NCBI RefSeq assembly: GCF_006345805.1 | Contig: NC_043007.1 | Coordinates: 22,196,001-22,260,000, forward strand | Reading direction: 5' to 3' | DNA: 64,000 nt | From: Octopus sinensis | Taxonomy: Eukaryota | Shown: piece by piece, positions 1-13,230 of the stretch | Layout of the letters: every line of letters starts with the position of its first letter | Numbering within the stretch: position 1 is the stretch's first letter | Program-made: the position numbers and the translations under genes | Notes under the pieces: generated by a model | What the model was told of the DNA's origin: nothing | The model's database searches: none | Seen by the model: the letters and a program-made list of their open reading frames with translations, nothing else

Positions 1-149
1 GCCTGCATGGGGCAGAGTTTTCTGACTGGATGCTGCCCTTCCTGACATGACCTCCTCCCCAACTTGTTTCCAAGCAGGGAAATAATATCCTGGTCTATTT
101 GAACAACAAACATTCTGGACATTTTGATATCTACTTTATCAATGGAAAG

Positions 150-985
150 TGAAAGCACATAGCTTAGTGGTTAGGGCATTCAGTTCACGATTGTTAGGTT
201 GTGAGTTTGATTCTCAGCAGCGCACCATGTCCTTGAGCAACACACTTTATTTCATATTGCTTCAGTCGACTCACTAAACATAAATGAGTAGTACCTGTAT
301 TTCAAAGGGCCAGCCCTATTACATTCTCTGTCATGCTGAATCTTCCCGAGAACTATCGTAAATCCTCGAGTATAATCCGCACTTTTTTCTCCAAAATTTA
401 AAGGTCAAAATCCCTAGTGCATACTATATATGAGGTTAAAAATGAAAAATATTTTCTAAGCAATGTCCGAGTCTCTATTTGCTGTCTGGCAATGTTTTTA
501 TTTAGACGCATTTTGTGATGTCGGGCGTGAAAATACCTTAAGCTAAGCCTGAAAGCAATGAAGTCATAAAAGAATCATCCATAACTTGCAGTAAGCAACA
601 TTTATTAAAATAAAAGTATTCAGAACACAGAATAACATGAAACAAAAATAATTTGCAAACATATTTACATTCCCATATAACAGTTAAGAACATCACTATT
701 ATTGTATTACGCATGCGCGGAAGTGTTTGGTCGACTCGGTGCTGCTGGCTTAATTATGCATGACTCAAGTTAGAGAAGGGGTGCATATTATACACAAGGT
801 TTAGGTTTTCCAGAGGTACACCTCCTCTTAAAATCCCCTGCATATTATACTCAAGGGTGGACTATACTTGAGGATTTATGGTATGTTAAGGGTATGTGTG
901 TCTGTGGAGTGATCAGCCACTTGCACGTTAATTTCATGAGCAGGGTGTTCCACTGATTACATCAACTGGAACCCTTGTAACCAAT
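150..985 (+). mobile_element. tRNA-derived SINE (family C here), CpG-decayed, split by a TA-inserted MITE
   Basis: Colinear with the cleaner copy at 62092-62412 (A/B-box head, CORE-like GTCCTTGAGCAA...AAATGAGTA, same tail); interrupted at GAGAACTA|TGTTAAGGG. Confidence 0.8.
356..881. mobile_element. Tc1/mariner (pogo/Tc2-like) non-autonomous MITE
   Basis: TIRs (T)CGTAAATCCTCGAGTATA ... TATACTTGAGGATTTATGG; TA on both sides (354-355, 882-883). Confidence 0.8.
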
Positions 986-1375
986 GCTGTGCCAGTTTCA
1001 AAGAAAGCATGGAAAAGTAGATGTTAAAATAGTAATGATATATAAATTCTCAAATTAATTAGAACTTTTCTATTTAATTTATTTATTACAAAAAAACAAT
1101 GGATAATAAGAAAAAAAAATTATTCTTATATTTGGGAAGTGGTGGTGCCATGCTGTGCTGGTGCCACATAAAAAGTACCCAGTTCACTCTAAACTGGTTG
1201 GCATTAAGAAGGGCATCAAGCCATGGCAACCATACCAAAACAATGTCACCTGGTGTGGCTCTCTGTCTTGCCAGTTACTGTCAAACTGTCCAACCCATGC
1301 CAGCATGAAAAACAGACACTAAATAATGATGATTTCATAATTGATAACACCTACAAACATTCTTACTGATTCTTG

Positions 1376-1534
1376 CTTTACTCTTTTACTTGTTTCAGTC
1401 ATTTGACTGCGGCCATGCTGGAGCACCGCCTTTAATCGAGCAACTCGACCCCAGGACTTATTCTTTGTAAGCCCAGTACTTATTCTATCGGTCTCTTTTG
1501 CCGAACCGCTAAGTGACGGGGATGTAAACACACC
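1376..1534 (-). mobile_element. SINE family A, 3' fragment
   Basis: Matches the 3' half of the full copy at 35361-35775. Confidence 0.85.
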
Positions 1535-1689
1535 TTGTCTATATTTCATTTGCTTTTTCCAAAACAAGTTTATGTTGTCTCCAAAATATCTTTTTCTACA
1601 CCAATCTATACTTTTTCAATGGGTTGGAATTTAAAAAAAAATTTTGTTTCCAAATAATATTTTTACTGATAAATCTCCATAGTAGATTA

Positions 1690-2280
1690 AGGTGGCAAGC
1701 TGGCAGAATCGTTAGCAGCCGGGCGAAAATGCGTAGCCGTATTTCGTCTGCCGTTACGTACCGAGTTCAAAGTTTGCCGAGGTCGACTTTGCCTTTCATC
1801 CATTCGGGGTCGATAAATTAAGTACCAGTTACACACTGGAGTCGATGTAATCAACTTAATCTGTTTGTCTGTCCTTGTTTGTCCTCTCTATGTTTAGCCC
1901 CTTGTGGGTAGTAAAGAAATAGGTATTTCGTCTGCTGCTACGTTCTGAGTTCAAATTCCGCCAAGATCGACTTTGCCTTTCATCCTTTCAGGATTGATAA
2001 ATTAAGTACCAGTTATGCACTGGGGTCGATATAATCGACTCAATCCGTCTGTCTGTCCTTGTTTGTCCCCTCTGTGTTTAGCCCCTTGTGGGTAGTAAAG
2101 AAATAGGGATTTCGTCTGCCGCTACGTCCTGAGTTCAAATTCCGCCGAGGTCGACTTTGCCTTTCATCCTTTCGGGGTCAATAAATTAAGTACCAGTTAC
2201 GCACTGGGGTCGATGTAATCAACTTAATCCGTTTGTCTGTCCTTGTTTGTCCCCTCTATTGTGGGCAATAAAGAAATAAG
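1690..2280 (+). repeat. SINE family B (Meta-domain-like) head plus ~3 tandem ~184-bp units
   Basis: Repeated GCCTTTCATCCTTTCGGGGTCGATAAATTAAGTACCAG core; the Meta-domain resemblance is from recall. Confidence 0.85.
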
Positions 2281-2569
2281 AAAGCATGTAAGCTCATGAT
2301 AGTTTTGTTTATTTAAGCCTTGGGGGGAGGGTAGTGAAATATAGACAAGTAACAACTGCTGTGTTTATAAGCTTTATTAATTATAACTGGCTATAAATGC
2401 AGCTCTAGTTTTGAGGTAAGAAGTTTGCTGCCAGTTACGTGGCCATGCTATGCCTTCTGATACTGTTCTCAAGGATCAAACAATAACTGGCACTATCTTC
2501 ACCTTCTTCATTTTCCATAGTCGGGCTGGGTTGTATCTATCTGTCTATCTTTTTGCCTTCCTTCTTGAC

Positions 2570-2830
2570 TACTCATGGGTCAAAGGAGCATGCAGTGTCA
2601 ACTATGTAGCACATGTGGTGCACCTTGTCCACCACTGCTAAGTGTGGTCTGTTATGCTCTAGCATCTCATCTATTTGGATTGGGAAAATCCCAGAGGATT
2701 TTGTTAGTCTCCGACTCTGCCACACTTTGCAGTTTGTGCTTATACCATGTCTTGCCTCTCTCTAGCTCCAACTTTTTGCACAGTTTCCAGTGTAGCACTT
2801 TCACTGCCCGGTCATGTTGCCACAACTTGG
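2570..2830 (-). mobile_element. R4/Dong-like LINE 3' fragment
   Basis: HDRAVKVLHWKLCKK...WY...KILWDF, the same motifs as the LINEs at 13.6-19.5 kb. Confidence 0.75.
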
Positions 2831-3133
2831 GGGACATAAACAAACCAACATCAGCTATCAAGCAGTGGAGGTGGGCAGGCAAACACAAACACCCATCATC
2901 ATCATTATCACCACTTAATGTCTGATTTCCATGCTGGCAAGAATTGGACGGTTTGATCGGAACTGGTAAGCTGGAGAGCTACCCCATGTTCCAGTTTGAT
3001 TTGGCATGGTTTCTACAGCTGGATGCTCTTCCTTACTCCAACGACTCTAAGAGTGTAACAGGAACTCTTTAGGTGCCATTTATATGACACCAGCAACAGC
3101 CACGACTACAATTTCACTTGGCTTGATGAGTCT

Positions 3134-3383
3134 TGTGGGATGACATCAGCAGCTGGGGAGCTGACCGGAACTTGGGGCTGACCGGAAGGGATAGCGGTGA
3201 TGCACGTGCAGGATTCTGTCCTTTCGAGTCAGGTTGCTGAGCGGGTAAGATGGGTCATCACGTTGTTAAGGTTGGGGGAAGCAGCTGCTATCTCTAGCGT
3301 TCGGGTCGGGCTGTGTTGAAGGGTCTCCATCTGAGCGAAGAGAAGGTAGGTGCCTTTATTTCGAATCTCTTGCATACACCACA
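3134..3383 (-). mobile_element. Solo LTR (250 bp)
   Basis: TGTGG...CCACA termini; 5-bp TSD AGTCT (3129-3133, 3384-3388); AATAAA on the minus strand at 3355-3360. Confidence 0.75.
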
Positions 3384-3424
3384 AGTCTTCTACTCAAGCA
3401 CAGCATATTGCCAAAGGTCTCGGT

Positions 3425-4320
3425 TTTTGTTTTTTGTTTGATCCAACTCGAGCCATGCCTGGCTCATAAGGGCCGGTTTCCTTGGCGTATAGGTTCCCCA
3501 CCTGGACGGGACGCCGGTCCGTCGCAGGTGAGCTGCAAGATGCAGGAGGAAAGAGTGAGAGAAAGTCGTGGCGAAAGAGTCAGCAGAAGTTTGCCATTAC
3601 CTTCTGCCGGAGCCGCGTGGAGCTTAGGTGTTTCGCTCATAAACACACACATCATCCGGTCTGAGATTTGAACCCGCAATCCCTCAACCATGAGTCCGCT
3701 GCTCTAACCACTAGGCCATGTTCCTTCTCAAGCCACGCCTGGCTCTTAAGGGCTGGTTTCCCGGTTTCCTTGGCATATAGGTTCCCCACCTGGACGGGAC
3801 ACCGGTCCGTCGCAGGTGAGCTGCAAGATGCAGGAGGAAAGAGTGAGAGAAAGTTGTGGCGAAAGAGTCAGCAGAAGTTCACCTTTACCTTCTGCTGGAG
3901 CCGTGTAGAGCTTAGGTGGTTTCGCTCATAACACACACATATCTGTTTCTTTATTACCCACAAGGGAAAGTCGACCTTGGCGGAATTTGAACACAGAAAG
4001 TAGCGGCAGACGAAATACCTATTTCTTTATTACCCACAAGGGGCTAAACACAGAGGGGATAAACAAGGACAGACAAACGGATTAAGTCGATTACATCGAT
4101 CCCAGTGCGTAACTGGTACTTAATTTATCGACCCCGAAAGGATGAAAGGGAAAGTCGACCTTGGCGGAATTTGAACACAGAACGTAACGGCAGACGAAAT
4201 ACGACTATGCATTTCGCCCAGCGTGCTAATGTTTCTGCCAGCTCGTCCGGTCTGAGATTCGAACCCGCAATCCCTCAACCGCAAGTCCACTGCTCTAACC
4301 ACTAGGCCATGTGCCTCCAC
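3425..4320 (-). mobile_element. Dimeric tRNA-SINE (family E, V-domain-like tail) with a nested family B SINE (~3945-4247)
   Basis: Two tandem near-copies; 11-bp TSD AAGGTCTCGGT at 3414-3424 and 4321-4331. Confidence 0.75.
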
Positions 4321-4710
4321 AAGGTCTCGGTCATTTTTCATCACCTCCATGAGGCCCAGCATTTAAAGATCAGCCACGACGACGATTTCACTACACACAC
4401 AACAAGTTTCTTTTTTCTTTCAGGTCTCACCTACTAAATTCACTCATAAAAGCTTTGGCTGGCCCAAGGCTATGGCGGAAAAAACTTGACCAAGGTGCCG
4501 TGCAGTGGGACCAAACCAAAGATCACACGGTTGCGAAGTAAGCTTTTCAACCACACAGCCACGCTAAAAAAAAATATAGTACTCCTGCCAACGACTTCGG
4601 TTTCCTATTAACTTTCTTAAAATCTTTAAAACATGTTTTTGTAACAATCTTTCAAAAAGTACATTTTAGGTGTGTAGATAACAATTATGTCAAAGTTGCA
4701 AGAAAAGAAT

Positions 4711-5131
4711 GGCGATCTTTCGTCTCTAGTAGACCTTTCCGTCGATTTCCGTAAAAAAATTTTTTTTTTTACATATGGGCTTGCGGGAACTTTTGAAGTA
4801 ATATACATACATATACACATACACTGAGTAAAAAATTTCAGTTATCTCTTTCTTTCACACATTACTCTGTCTCTTCACACACACTAACAGAAGCACTTCA
4901 CTTACACAACATACTGTCTGTCTCCCACACCCCATCAAACACACACACACACACGTACATCAATGCGTCCCATGCACGGTAACTTCAAAAGAACTTCCCT
5001 CGTCATACAATCGCTTTCTCTTAGTCTCTTTCGCTCTCATTACTTCAAAAATTCCCGCAAGCCCATATGTAAAAAAATAAAAGTTTTTTACGGAAATCGA
5101 CGGAAAGGTCTACTAGAGAAGAAAGATCGCC
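4711..5131. mobile_element. MITE with ~90-bp TIRs, Merlin-like
   Basis: GGCGATCTTTC...GAAAGATCGCC termini; 8-bp TSD AAAAGAAT (4703-4710, 5132-5139). GG...CC ends with an 8-bp TSD fit Merlin. Confidence 0.8.
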
Positions 5132-6292
5132 AAAAGAATTTCTTTGGATGGGCTTCGGATAATTCTCTCCTCACTCTCCCGGCATGCATTACTTTCTTTA
5201 AAAAAATGCTTTTTCATGAAATTTTCCAGAGAGCTAAGTTTTCGACGGTGTAGATTACGATTATTATTGTTATTTTTTGTTTGTTTGTTTGTTACAAATA
5301 ATATCTGGATAATCGTAATCTACGCCCTCGAAAAAGTATCTTCGGAAAATTTCATTAAAAAAAAACGTATTTTAAAAACGTTGAAGAAAGTCGATGGTGG
5401 GACAGGACATACCCGTTTCCCCCACCCCCAATTAAAAAGAATTTTTTTTTTTTACAAATTTTATCACTTTTATCTGTATCATTTAAAATGCACCTATGGA
5501 AACTATCATTAGAATATATCATTAGGTATATTTTTCTTACAAAGTTGTGGGTGGAAACAAAAGTGGAGAAGGGGCCCAATTCTGTAGTTATGCCACAAAA
5601 GAGCACAGCGCATGTATATAATATATAATACAAAACCACATTAAAATACAAATCCTGAACAATAGTGCCTAGTTACGATTCTACCGTAATATGTTCTTAC
5701 AAAAGAAAAACCGAAGCGGGGAGGGTGGAAAAAAGAAAAAGGAGAGAAAAAAAAGAGAAGAAAGGTTTTTTTTCATTTTCTATGTGGTTCAGTAATTTAG
5801 CTGTGTTTGTGAAGTATTTCGAACAAAACCGATTACACGGGATTATAGTATTTATAACACTGCTTAACACATAAAGCGTGACGGGCCACGATCGTGGCCG
5901 TTCAGACACATGTCGATAGGCTACGATCGTGGCCAAGATAGATGCATTTATGAGCATTTGTTGGGGTCTAATGTGACTCAAATGCTCCGATACCCACCAG
6001 AAAGCAAGAGGACTAATATTTTAACTGACTTTTCAGATGATGTAAAACTTGCCACCATTATATACTAAGAAGATATTTTAAACTATTTTTTTTTGTGTGT
6101 GTGTGCATGGAGGTCTCATTTTCATAAAATGTGCTTAGCAGTCCATGCTATGTAAGTGCAACCCCCCAGCGCCTATGGGTTAAAGTAAATCAAGTTCAAA
6201 GTGTCAAAAGAAGATACTTTAGGAGAAAATTCTACAATATATTTTAGAACACGCAGAAAGCTTTTCGAAATTATGGTAACAAATTGGGCGAA

Positions 6293-6386
6293 GGTAAAGA
6301 ATACGCACACCACCCGTTTTCGGCGTGACCCTAACCGTAAACTTGACTCTAACCGCCGAAAACGGGTGGTGTACGAATTCTTTACC
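6293..6386. mobile_element. Tiny hairpin MITE (~95 bp)
   Basis: ~32-bp inverted arms GGTAAAGAATACGCACACCACCCGTTTTCGGC; a relative lies at 61979-62045. Confidence 0.7.
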
Positions 6387-6829
6387 TCCACCACAAGTTG
6401 TGTGTTGTAGGGGGGGGGGGGAATTTCGGTAAATTTCCTTTAATCGAAGGCACTTCAAAATCATATGTTTGATAAATGTATACATGCGAGTAAGTAAAAA
6501 GAAAAGCAACGGCCCTCTAAAATTTATATGAAGTACAGTTCACATTCTTTTAAAGATTTTTAAGATTTTCACCTCACATATTTCGTTCAGAAGAAATGAA
6601 AAATGTAAGTAATTGCTAGGAAGTAGGGTCCGACTACTTGAAAGGGTACTGTTTATGGTACCCTATAATTACATTTTATCAGGGAGATATATAGCACCGA
6701 ACGTCTTCGACACTGCTTAATGGTCATTGCTTTGTTTATCAATAGATAATAAACAAGACAATTAAAAACGTAATCTATGATATAATAAGGTAATTTATGT
6801 AATTTTAAGTCCCGAAAACACACACATAC

Positions 6830-6892
6830 CTTCCGAAGACGAAAAACGTGCGAGAGCTTTTCAGTTCCACCACTTCTCGGTGCCTTTACCAT
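6830..6892 (-). CDS. Candidate first coding exon of an unidentified gene (MVKAPRSGGTEKLSHVFRLRK)
   Basis: ATG at 6892, 21 codons, phase-0 donor AAG|GTATGT, in apparently unique sequence. No downstream exon found and the protein is not recognised. Confidence 0.4.
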
Positions 6893-8271
6893 AAACTGGA
6901 CTGACTGGCTCTACTGCAGCCAACTGTCGAATTGTTTGAGTTAACCTCTTATATAGTTGTTAAACTAACACAAACGCGATAAAATTCCGAAATATCTATG
7001 TATATTTGTTTACATGGCAAACATAGTGTGCGTATTTTAAATAATCTAATCTTTAGATGTAGGTTAATTTTGTAAACTGTAAAATCTCACGTAGGCATAA
7101 TTTCGGTCACGTACGGAGAAAATGAAAGCTAAGTCTAAAAATGTTTCTGTGGGAGTAAATTCATTTTAAAGTTTAACAGAAAGTAAACTTGCCAATTTGC
7201 TGAAGAATAAATAAATACGTAAAAATGTCAGAAAAACACACATTATTTTCAAACTTTATATTTCAATATACTTCTATCTTTTTGCGGAGATGTACTTGCA
7301 TAGCAAGTCATTTGATCTGAGATCGTGTGCTGAAACGAAAACAATTGCAGCGTGGAAGGTGTTTGTAAGTGAATCGAACGGCTTTTGTGTGTTTCTTAAA
7401 TGGCTTACAAACACCTTCCACACTGCAATTGTTGTCTATCTTTTTGATATCGATAAAATTAATGCTGTTTGTGTACTAGGCCTTTGTGCCTAGTAGGAAG
7501 GATGTAACCTTTGGACTGGAGATGTCTCGAATATTTGCAACAGCGTGGTGTTCCCTATTGGTTCTCATTGATTAAATGAAGGTATTAAACCAGTAACAGG
7601 ATCTATGGTTTAATAGTAAGGACTACTTCTTCGAAAAGAAAAAAAGAAAAAGAACATTTTTTTCTATAGTTCCCGTCTACAAAATTTCACTTACGAGGTT
7701 TTGATTGCTAAAGATACTGTATATTGCAATCTGACTGAAAGACCCGGCGCGGATCTTTTCTGGTTTGGTCGCCAGCATTTCAAAAATTGAAATTTATCGA
7801 AAATTTTAATATTTGGCACATTAAGGTAGTTTTCCAAGCTGAATTACTGGAGTTATTTCACTTTTTCCAGAAAAATGTTTTTAAAAAGTTATAGAGGTTT
7901 AAAGTGTGATTAATCATTTTCACATAAAAATCATTTTTCATCTTGTGCGTGACTGTACGTTTTGCCGTCCAATATCCTGAAAATAGCACATATTGTCAAT
8001 ATTTATATTCTACACGCGGAAAACGAGTGAACAACACGTCTTTTGTAGTTTTAAGCATTTAATATGCATTTAATGCAATAGCAGCAACTTTTAAGATTTA
8101 TCCAAAAACCGTTATTTAGCTGTTAATTTTTAGCACAAACTTGAATTGGATGACGAAGCAAGTCCTCTGCACATAGATGTTATAATCAACAGCTGTGCAA
8201 TGGCTCATCCCGAGTTCTTCAACACAAAACCGCACTGAAGTCAATTCCCTAACCAATGAGTAAAGGAAATG

Positions 8272-8682
8272 GAATCTTTTCGGTTTGACCGGCAGTTTTT
8301 TAAAAATAATTTCCACGTAACTAAACACTTTTAAACTTCGTATACTGGTAGAATGTGTTTATAAAACATCTTTTTCTCTTGGCTTTATTGAGAAAATTCT
8401 ATAGTTTGTAAGATATTTGTTGTTTTTGTTTCTTCAATTTCAACCAACCAATGACGTCTATTGAGGTGAACACATTCTGTGCCGTATGAATATGTCCCTC
8501 GTTTAAGAAACAGATTAGGTTTATTTACATTCGTGAAGAAAAAAAAGATACCCTTCCCGCCACTCCTAACCCTAACCCTAAAACAGATTGAAATGCAATA
8601 GATCGATACTAGGGTCATAATTATGGGTGACAATTTCATATGACACCGCTAGAAAAAACTGCCGTTCAAACCGAAAAGATCC
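8272..8682 (+). mobile_element. ~410-bp Merlin-like MITE
   Basis: TIR GRATCTTTTCGGTTTGA(A/C)CGGCAG; same family as 39850-40272 and 53312-53727. Confidence 0.8.
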
Positions 8683-9087
8683 TCATTTTCTTTTTGGGCC
8701 TTATAATGTAACACATTCACCGATAAAATTTCCACTTATTTCATATTTTTATTTTCCTAAATTTTTCGTTGCGTCTTGCAACATTTTCAATAGGCTTGAC
8801 TCTCATATTTCAGTATTAAGCATCTCAACATGTATGTATGGATTTCTACATGTAAATGAGGGAAAAGGGATGGTTATAGATGGGTACTCCTAAGCAGAAT
8901 CTGGGTGTTGTCTCCCCATTCGGATTTACGGTTGAGGGTGGGTTTGTATTCTTGTCTACAGACAGCTTCAGTGACTTGTCTCAGCATTGCATCAGTGGGA
9001 TGTGTAGATAAGATGTCTAACCCAAGTCGTCCGAAGGAGCCATTGTGGCAGTCTACAGCTTGCTGATAGAAGATATAGTTTGTTTTA

Positions 9088-9682
9088 TATTTCTTTATTG
9101 CCCACAAGGGGCTAAACACAGAGGGGACAAACAAGGACAAAGGGATTAAGTCAATTACATCGACCCCAGTGTGTAACTGGTACTTTATTTATCGACCCCG
9201 AAAGGATGAAAGGCAAAGTCGACTTCGGCGGATTTTGAACTCTGAACGTAGCGGCAGACGAAATACCTATTTCTTTACTACCCACAAGGGGCTAAACACA
9301 GAATGGACAAACAAGGTCAGACAAACGGATTAAGTCGATTATATCGATACCCAGTGCGTAACTGATACTTAATTTATCGACCCCGAAAGGATGAAAGGCA
9401 AAGTCGACCTCGGCGGAATTTGAACTCAGAACGTAACGACAGACGAAATACCTATTTCTTTACTACCCACAAGGGGCTAAACACAGAATGGACAAACAAG
9501 GTCAGACCAAGGGATTAAGTCGATTATATCGACCCCAGTGCGTAACTGGTACTTAATTTATCGACCCCGAAAGGATGAAAGGCAAAGTCGACCTCGGCGG
9601 AATTTGAACTCAGAACATAACGACAGACGAAATACCGCTAAGCATTTTCGCCCGGCGCGCTAAAGTGTCTGCCAGCTCGTCG
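9088..9682 (-). repeat. SINE family B head plus ~3 tandem ~184-bp units
   Basis: Reverse complement of the array at 1690-2280. Confidence 0.85.
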
Positions 9683-9974
9683 TTTTTTTCTCAATGTAGT
9701 TGTCCAGGTGTTCTTTGAACCTATCATTGATGCTCCTTTAAGTCTCGCCAATATATGACCCTGGGATAGTCGCGCAAGCTCCTTCTTGGCACTTAATCAG
9801 GAGGTCTTCAGTATTATCACATATATCTGCAGATATCTCTATTAAGGGTCGTAGGAATTGTGAAAGAAAATATTATATTTTGTGGTCGTTAGCATTGTTG
9901 GCACCACAAACAGGTAGGGTAGGTGGCCCAAGTACATGATCTGTGTAGCTCTTATGATCTTTTCGCAGGCCATA

Positions 9975-11740
9975 TATCAGGTCATTCCATAAGTTCTGTC
10001 CGATTTTACCTTCTTTAAAATTGAATGAAATTTAATAGTATTTTAGAATGTCTAATGGAATGAAAACTTATTTTTATGCATTTGTAACGGGAGAAATTGA
10101 TTTGTAAACGATATTATGAAATGTCGGAGTCAGCAGTTGTAACGATAAAAATTTGTTGTTATAATTGCATGTTGTAGGATATGAAAGATGAACAATGCAT
10201 GAAATTTTAAGGAGATATATATTTACCGATACGTTACAGTACCTTGCCTCGACGGGCAGGTTATGATAAATCCAAAAGCATGCGAAGTAAAGTTTGTGTT
10301 TGTCTCCTCTTCATTGTTTAGTAGTGATTACAGAGAGAGATAGAATGATGTAAGAGAACAGAATTAGAGCTAGTGAGAATTGTAGGGTGTTGTCTCACAG
10401 TTGCTGACGGTAAACTTCATTTCTCCCTTTGACCAAGGTTCTAGCCGGTCGGCCAGACTTCATTGTCCCTGAAGTGACTACCTGGTTGAGTGGTCGCCAT
10501 GTGACTGGACTCATTGAGTCGTCACCGACTGATTTTTGCTTGGGGTGTTCTTGTTTTTATAACTATCCAGAAGGACAGACATATCATTGAGAACAATAAA
10601 TTTAGTTGGTGGTCTTGTCATCTCTATTCTAGCCTTTGGCGAAGTAGAAGAGGTTAGAAAGGGTCAAGTGGTGAATATATTATTTCGGCCTAGCTAAAGG
10701 CATCTGGAAAATGTAAAACTGCTGTCAGAGAAAAAAAACAAAAAAAACATTGTTCCACCGTGGGAAAAGTTCTGTTGCAGTGTTAATTTAAATTTGGCTA
10801 TGGTGGATCGAATCCACTTCATGCTTGCAAGATCCACTACACATTTATGTACATTTAAACTAATTAAATATTATTTTACAGAATAATAGAATTAAAAATT
10901 CTTTGATTAAAATCCTTTCTAACATGGAAGTATCCAAAGAGCATTTGAGACACATAAAGGAAACTCTGCAGCCAAAGCGACTCGAAACATACACTCAGTT
11001 TATGGGAAAGAATGAAAGAACTTGCAGAAGATGGTTTGCAAAATTCAGAAGCGGAGATTTCAGCCTTGAAGATAAAGATCGAACAGGACGTCCAGTTGAG
11101 TTTGATGATAAACTCCTTGAGGCATTACTTAAAGAAAATCTTGCATTATCAGTTGAAGAATTGGCAATAAAGCTTAGTTCAAACCATACAACTGTTCATC
11201 GTCATCTTCAACAACTCGGAAAGATTCCTAAACTTAGAAAATGGGTGCCTCATGAATTGTCCGAAAGCAACCGCAAATCCCGAGTTGACATCTGCTCTTC
11301 ACTCCATTCTCGCAAACTCATTTCACCCTTTTTAGATAGACTTGTGACTGGTGACGAAAAATGGGTCTTCTATCGAAATGTTAAACGTCGTAAACAGAGG
11401 CTTGGTAAAAGGGAAAAAGCTCAACCACCCCCGAGAAGGGAATTTCATGGAAAAAATGTTCTTCTCTCTATCTGGTGGGATTGCAAAGGAGTAATTCACT
11501 TTGAATTGTTACCACATAATGCAACAATCAATGCTCAAGTCTACTGTCAGCGATTAGAGCATTTGAACCAAGCTTTGAAGAAAAAAATGACCCGCTTTAG
11601 TGAATCGAAAAGGAGTGATGTTTCATCAGGACAATGCGTGACTACACTGCAAAGATCACATCACAGAAGATCGAAGAACTTGGTTGGGAAAAACTTCCTC
11701 GTCCACCTTATTCTCCCGAACTTGCTCCTTCAGACTACTA
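9975..11740 (+). mobile_element. Mariner (DD34D) transposon relic, 3'-truncated; transposase pseudogene ~10924-11740
   Basis: Left TIR-like TATCAGGTCATTCCATAAGTTCTGTCCG; motifs WVPHEL, TGDEKW, HQDNA and YSPELAPSDY across frameshifts. Confidence 0.92.
10083..10841 (+). mobile_element. Solo LTR (759 bp, Gypsy-like) inserted in the mariner 5' region
   Basis: TGTAAC...CTACA termini; 4-bp TSD CATT; related sequence at ~35050-35880 and 37790-38039. Confidence 0.75.
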
Positions 11741-11869
11741 TATGGAACTCTGTCGATTGTGTGTGTGCATTTGTTCCCACCGGTTGAAAACCAGCGCTTG
11801 TTTGTATACACCTCTGTAACTTAGCGGTTCAACAACAGTTTGCACATAGAGACACGCACACACAGAACG

Positions 11870-11870
<1 letters not shown>

Positions 11871-11948
<78 letters not shown>
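11871..11948. repeat. (CA)n microsatellite
   Basis: Seen directly. Confidence 0.95.
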
Positions 11949-11952
<4 letters not shown>

Positions 11953-12626
11953 CGAATGCATGCATACCTATCTGCTGAATGTGATAGGGATTGACTGATA
12001 TTTTCAAGTAGAAGGAAATGTTTACAAGACTCATGATAAAGATGTTTCGCTAGGAGTGGAACGGACAAATTTACGCGAAAATCTTTACAATGAGGCTAAT
12101 TATTATTTTCTTACGACAACAGATTCTTTGGCACGGCAACAGATTCTTAACAGAAGAGGTGTGAGGCGTAGTAGTAATGCTGTCCACTCATGGATATGAT
12201 GTTGTTTACCATGTCGGGATTGAAAACAAAGTCGACTTCGGCGATATTCGAATACAAGATGCAAAATCCTGTGACAAATACCACTTTAACGACTCTGTCA
12301 ATCCACCACTGTCAATAATAATAAGAATGGTTTCAAATTTTAGCACAAGATTACTGCTCAACTGGTACTTTTTTTATCGACCCCTTAACCCTTTCGAAAC
12401 CAACCTGGCTGAAACCGGCTCTGGCTCTGTAGTTCAAATGTCTTGTCTTCAAAAGTTTTGAATTAAAATCTTCCACCAAACCTTCGTCACAATTTATGTC
12501 CCTAACACTAGCTGAATGATAACCAAGTTATTTTACTAAATTCTTTGTAATATTTAAAATTAATTGAAAGAAATACATTGCATTTCAAAATATAAACAGT
12601 AATGAAAGGGTTGAGGCTGGAAGGCA

Positions 12627-13230
12627 AAACCGAGCTTTCGGATTTTTTTTTCTTCTCTCACCGGATTCCTAGGTTTTCGATGATGGAGATTCTAAATATG
12701 CCAAAAAAAAAAAAAGATCGCGTTTTCAAAATTTTAAATTTCCGCACCCCCGCAACAAATTTTTTAATGTTTAACTTTTTTTCGAAATTTTGTTTTTCAA
12801 CCCACGTGGAAAAATACGGAGATTAACAATATGGCAAACAAAAAATTAATTAATTTCAAATTTTATATAAAATCACTTGTTTCAGTCGTTCATTTTCAGT
12901 GAGTTGTAGAGATTGGTGCGCATGCGCACTCTTTTTTTTGCTGGGTGGCAAGGAGTGTGTGGATCAAATTTGGAGTTTTTCTATAAAATTTGAAATAGAT
13001 TAATTTTTTGTTTGCCATAGTGTTAATCTCCGTATTTTTCCACGTAGTTTGAAAAAAAAAAAAAAAAAAAATTCGGAAAAACTTTAAAATAAAAGAAAAA
13101 TGTGTGTGTGTGTGAGGGCGGTAATTTAGAATTTCGAAAATGTAATTTTTTGCATATTCGGAATTTCTGTCATCGAAAACCTAAGAATCCACTGAGATGA
13201 AAAAAAAAAAAAATTCGAACGCTCGGTTTG
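12627..13230. mobile_element. Foldback/MITE with ~240-bp imperfect inverted arms
   Basis: AACCGAGC...CCACGTGGAAAAATACGGAGATTAACAATATGGCAAAC is mirrored on the right side. Confidence 0.75.

Noticed and set aside
6030-6070. Possible second exon of the minus-strand candidate gene
   Set aside because: Splice signals are weak, and the opposite strand reads FSDDVKL like a decayed RT motif; unsupported either way.
10903-11787. SETMAR or an active mariner transposase
   Set aside because: No SET domain; frameshifted and 3'-truncated, with no right TIR.
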